The notes under the pieces are model-generated. The model saw only the letters and a program-made list of their open reading frames with translations. It had not been told where the DNA came from and ran no database searches. A stretch of DNA of 64,000 nt from Gnetum montanum (lineage: Eukaryota > Plantae > Gnetophyta): NCBI GenBank assembly GCA_015680685.1, contig MNCI01000550.1, forward strand, positions 9,794-73,793, given 5' to 3'. This document shows positions 63,371 through 64,000 of this stretch, in pieces (within the stretch, counting starts at the first letter, position 1; each line of letters starts with the position of its first letter). Position numbers and translations under genes: made by a program.

Positions 63371-64000
63371 GATATAAGGCAGGAGAGCCAACATTCACTA
63401 CTGAAGGGCAAGGTTCCCCACGTCATTAGTGAAATAGGAGAAGAGGAACCCCTCACTATGGGTTTCTTAGAAAGTGATGTTCCTCCTCCTCACTCTAGTG
63501 AAGAGGTTAGGTATCAGGACCTTAGATCAACGATACATATTCCAGGCTCTGATCTCCATGAGCACCAGCTGTTCACGGCAGGAACAACTACTCACACTAA
63601 TGATAGACATTGAGATCGTCACAACGATCGGGGACCAAGCAGCCGAAGAGAAGGTAAGAAACATCACCATGGTGATGGATCCCCTTCTTCTTCCCCTTCA
63701 TCACATCATTCCCCCTCTCCTTCCACATCTGGGCGCAGCCACCATGAGCATAAGGCGGAAAGTAAAGGTAGAAGAGATGAAATGCCTCGACAGGAAGGTC
63801 GAGAGGAGTTAGGACAAGGGCAAGGACGTAGGGAGAATAGGGAACCACAACGTAGACATCACAGACGTCATGAAAGAGATGATCATGACGAACCCCTATT
63901 CGCAACCCGAAGTATGCTTGATATTAGAGAGGCAGTTAGGATAAGGCATTTAAGAGACAGTAGGATCAAGCGTTTGGATATAAATATAAATAATATCCCA

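Noticed and set aside
62894-63613. Long ORFs spanning 63006-63370
   Set aside because: Artefacts of translating through the N gap

Overview
Eukaryotic, AT-rich land-plant genomic DNA. Most of the window (761-55324, + strand) is one complete TARGET OF RAPAMYCIN (TOR) kinase gene. I traced 57 coding exons by hand into an uninterrupted frame of 7605 nt (~2534 aa): HEAT repeats, FAT, FRB, PI3K-like kinase and FATC, ending in YVGWCPFW*. Two introns are GC-AG. The FRB lacks the angiosperm-type insertion, which suggests a non-flowering plant (inference). The introns are expanded by transposons: a Mutator-like element with a 10-bp TSD, an L1 LINE, a near full-length RTE LINE, Au-like SINEs and solo LTRs. 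Intron 11 holds a ~1.4-kb inverted copy of the gene's own exons 9-11. Downstream are RTE remnants, a Ty3/Gypsy RT fragment and nested Athila-type LTRs. The main candidates for novelty are: (i) four tandem, covarying RNA hairpins carrying a repeated internal-loop module in the young LTR; (ii) the intragenic antisense duplication of TOR exons; (iii) a 6-nt in-frame microexon and a possible poison exon in TOR; (iv) a Pack-MULE-like element; (v) a twister-ribozyme-like remnant at the RTE 5' end. All alignments and base-pairings were done by eye, and comparisons to other TORs are from memory.
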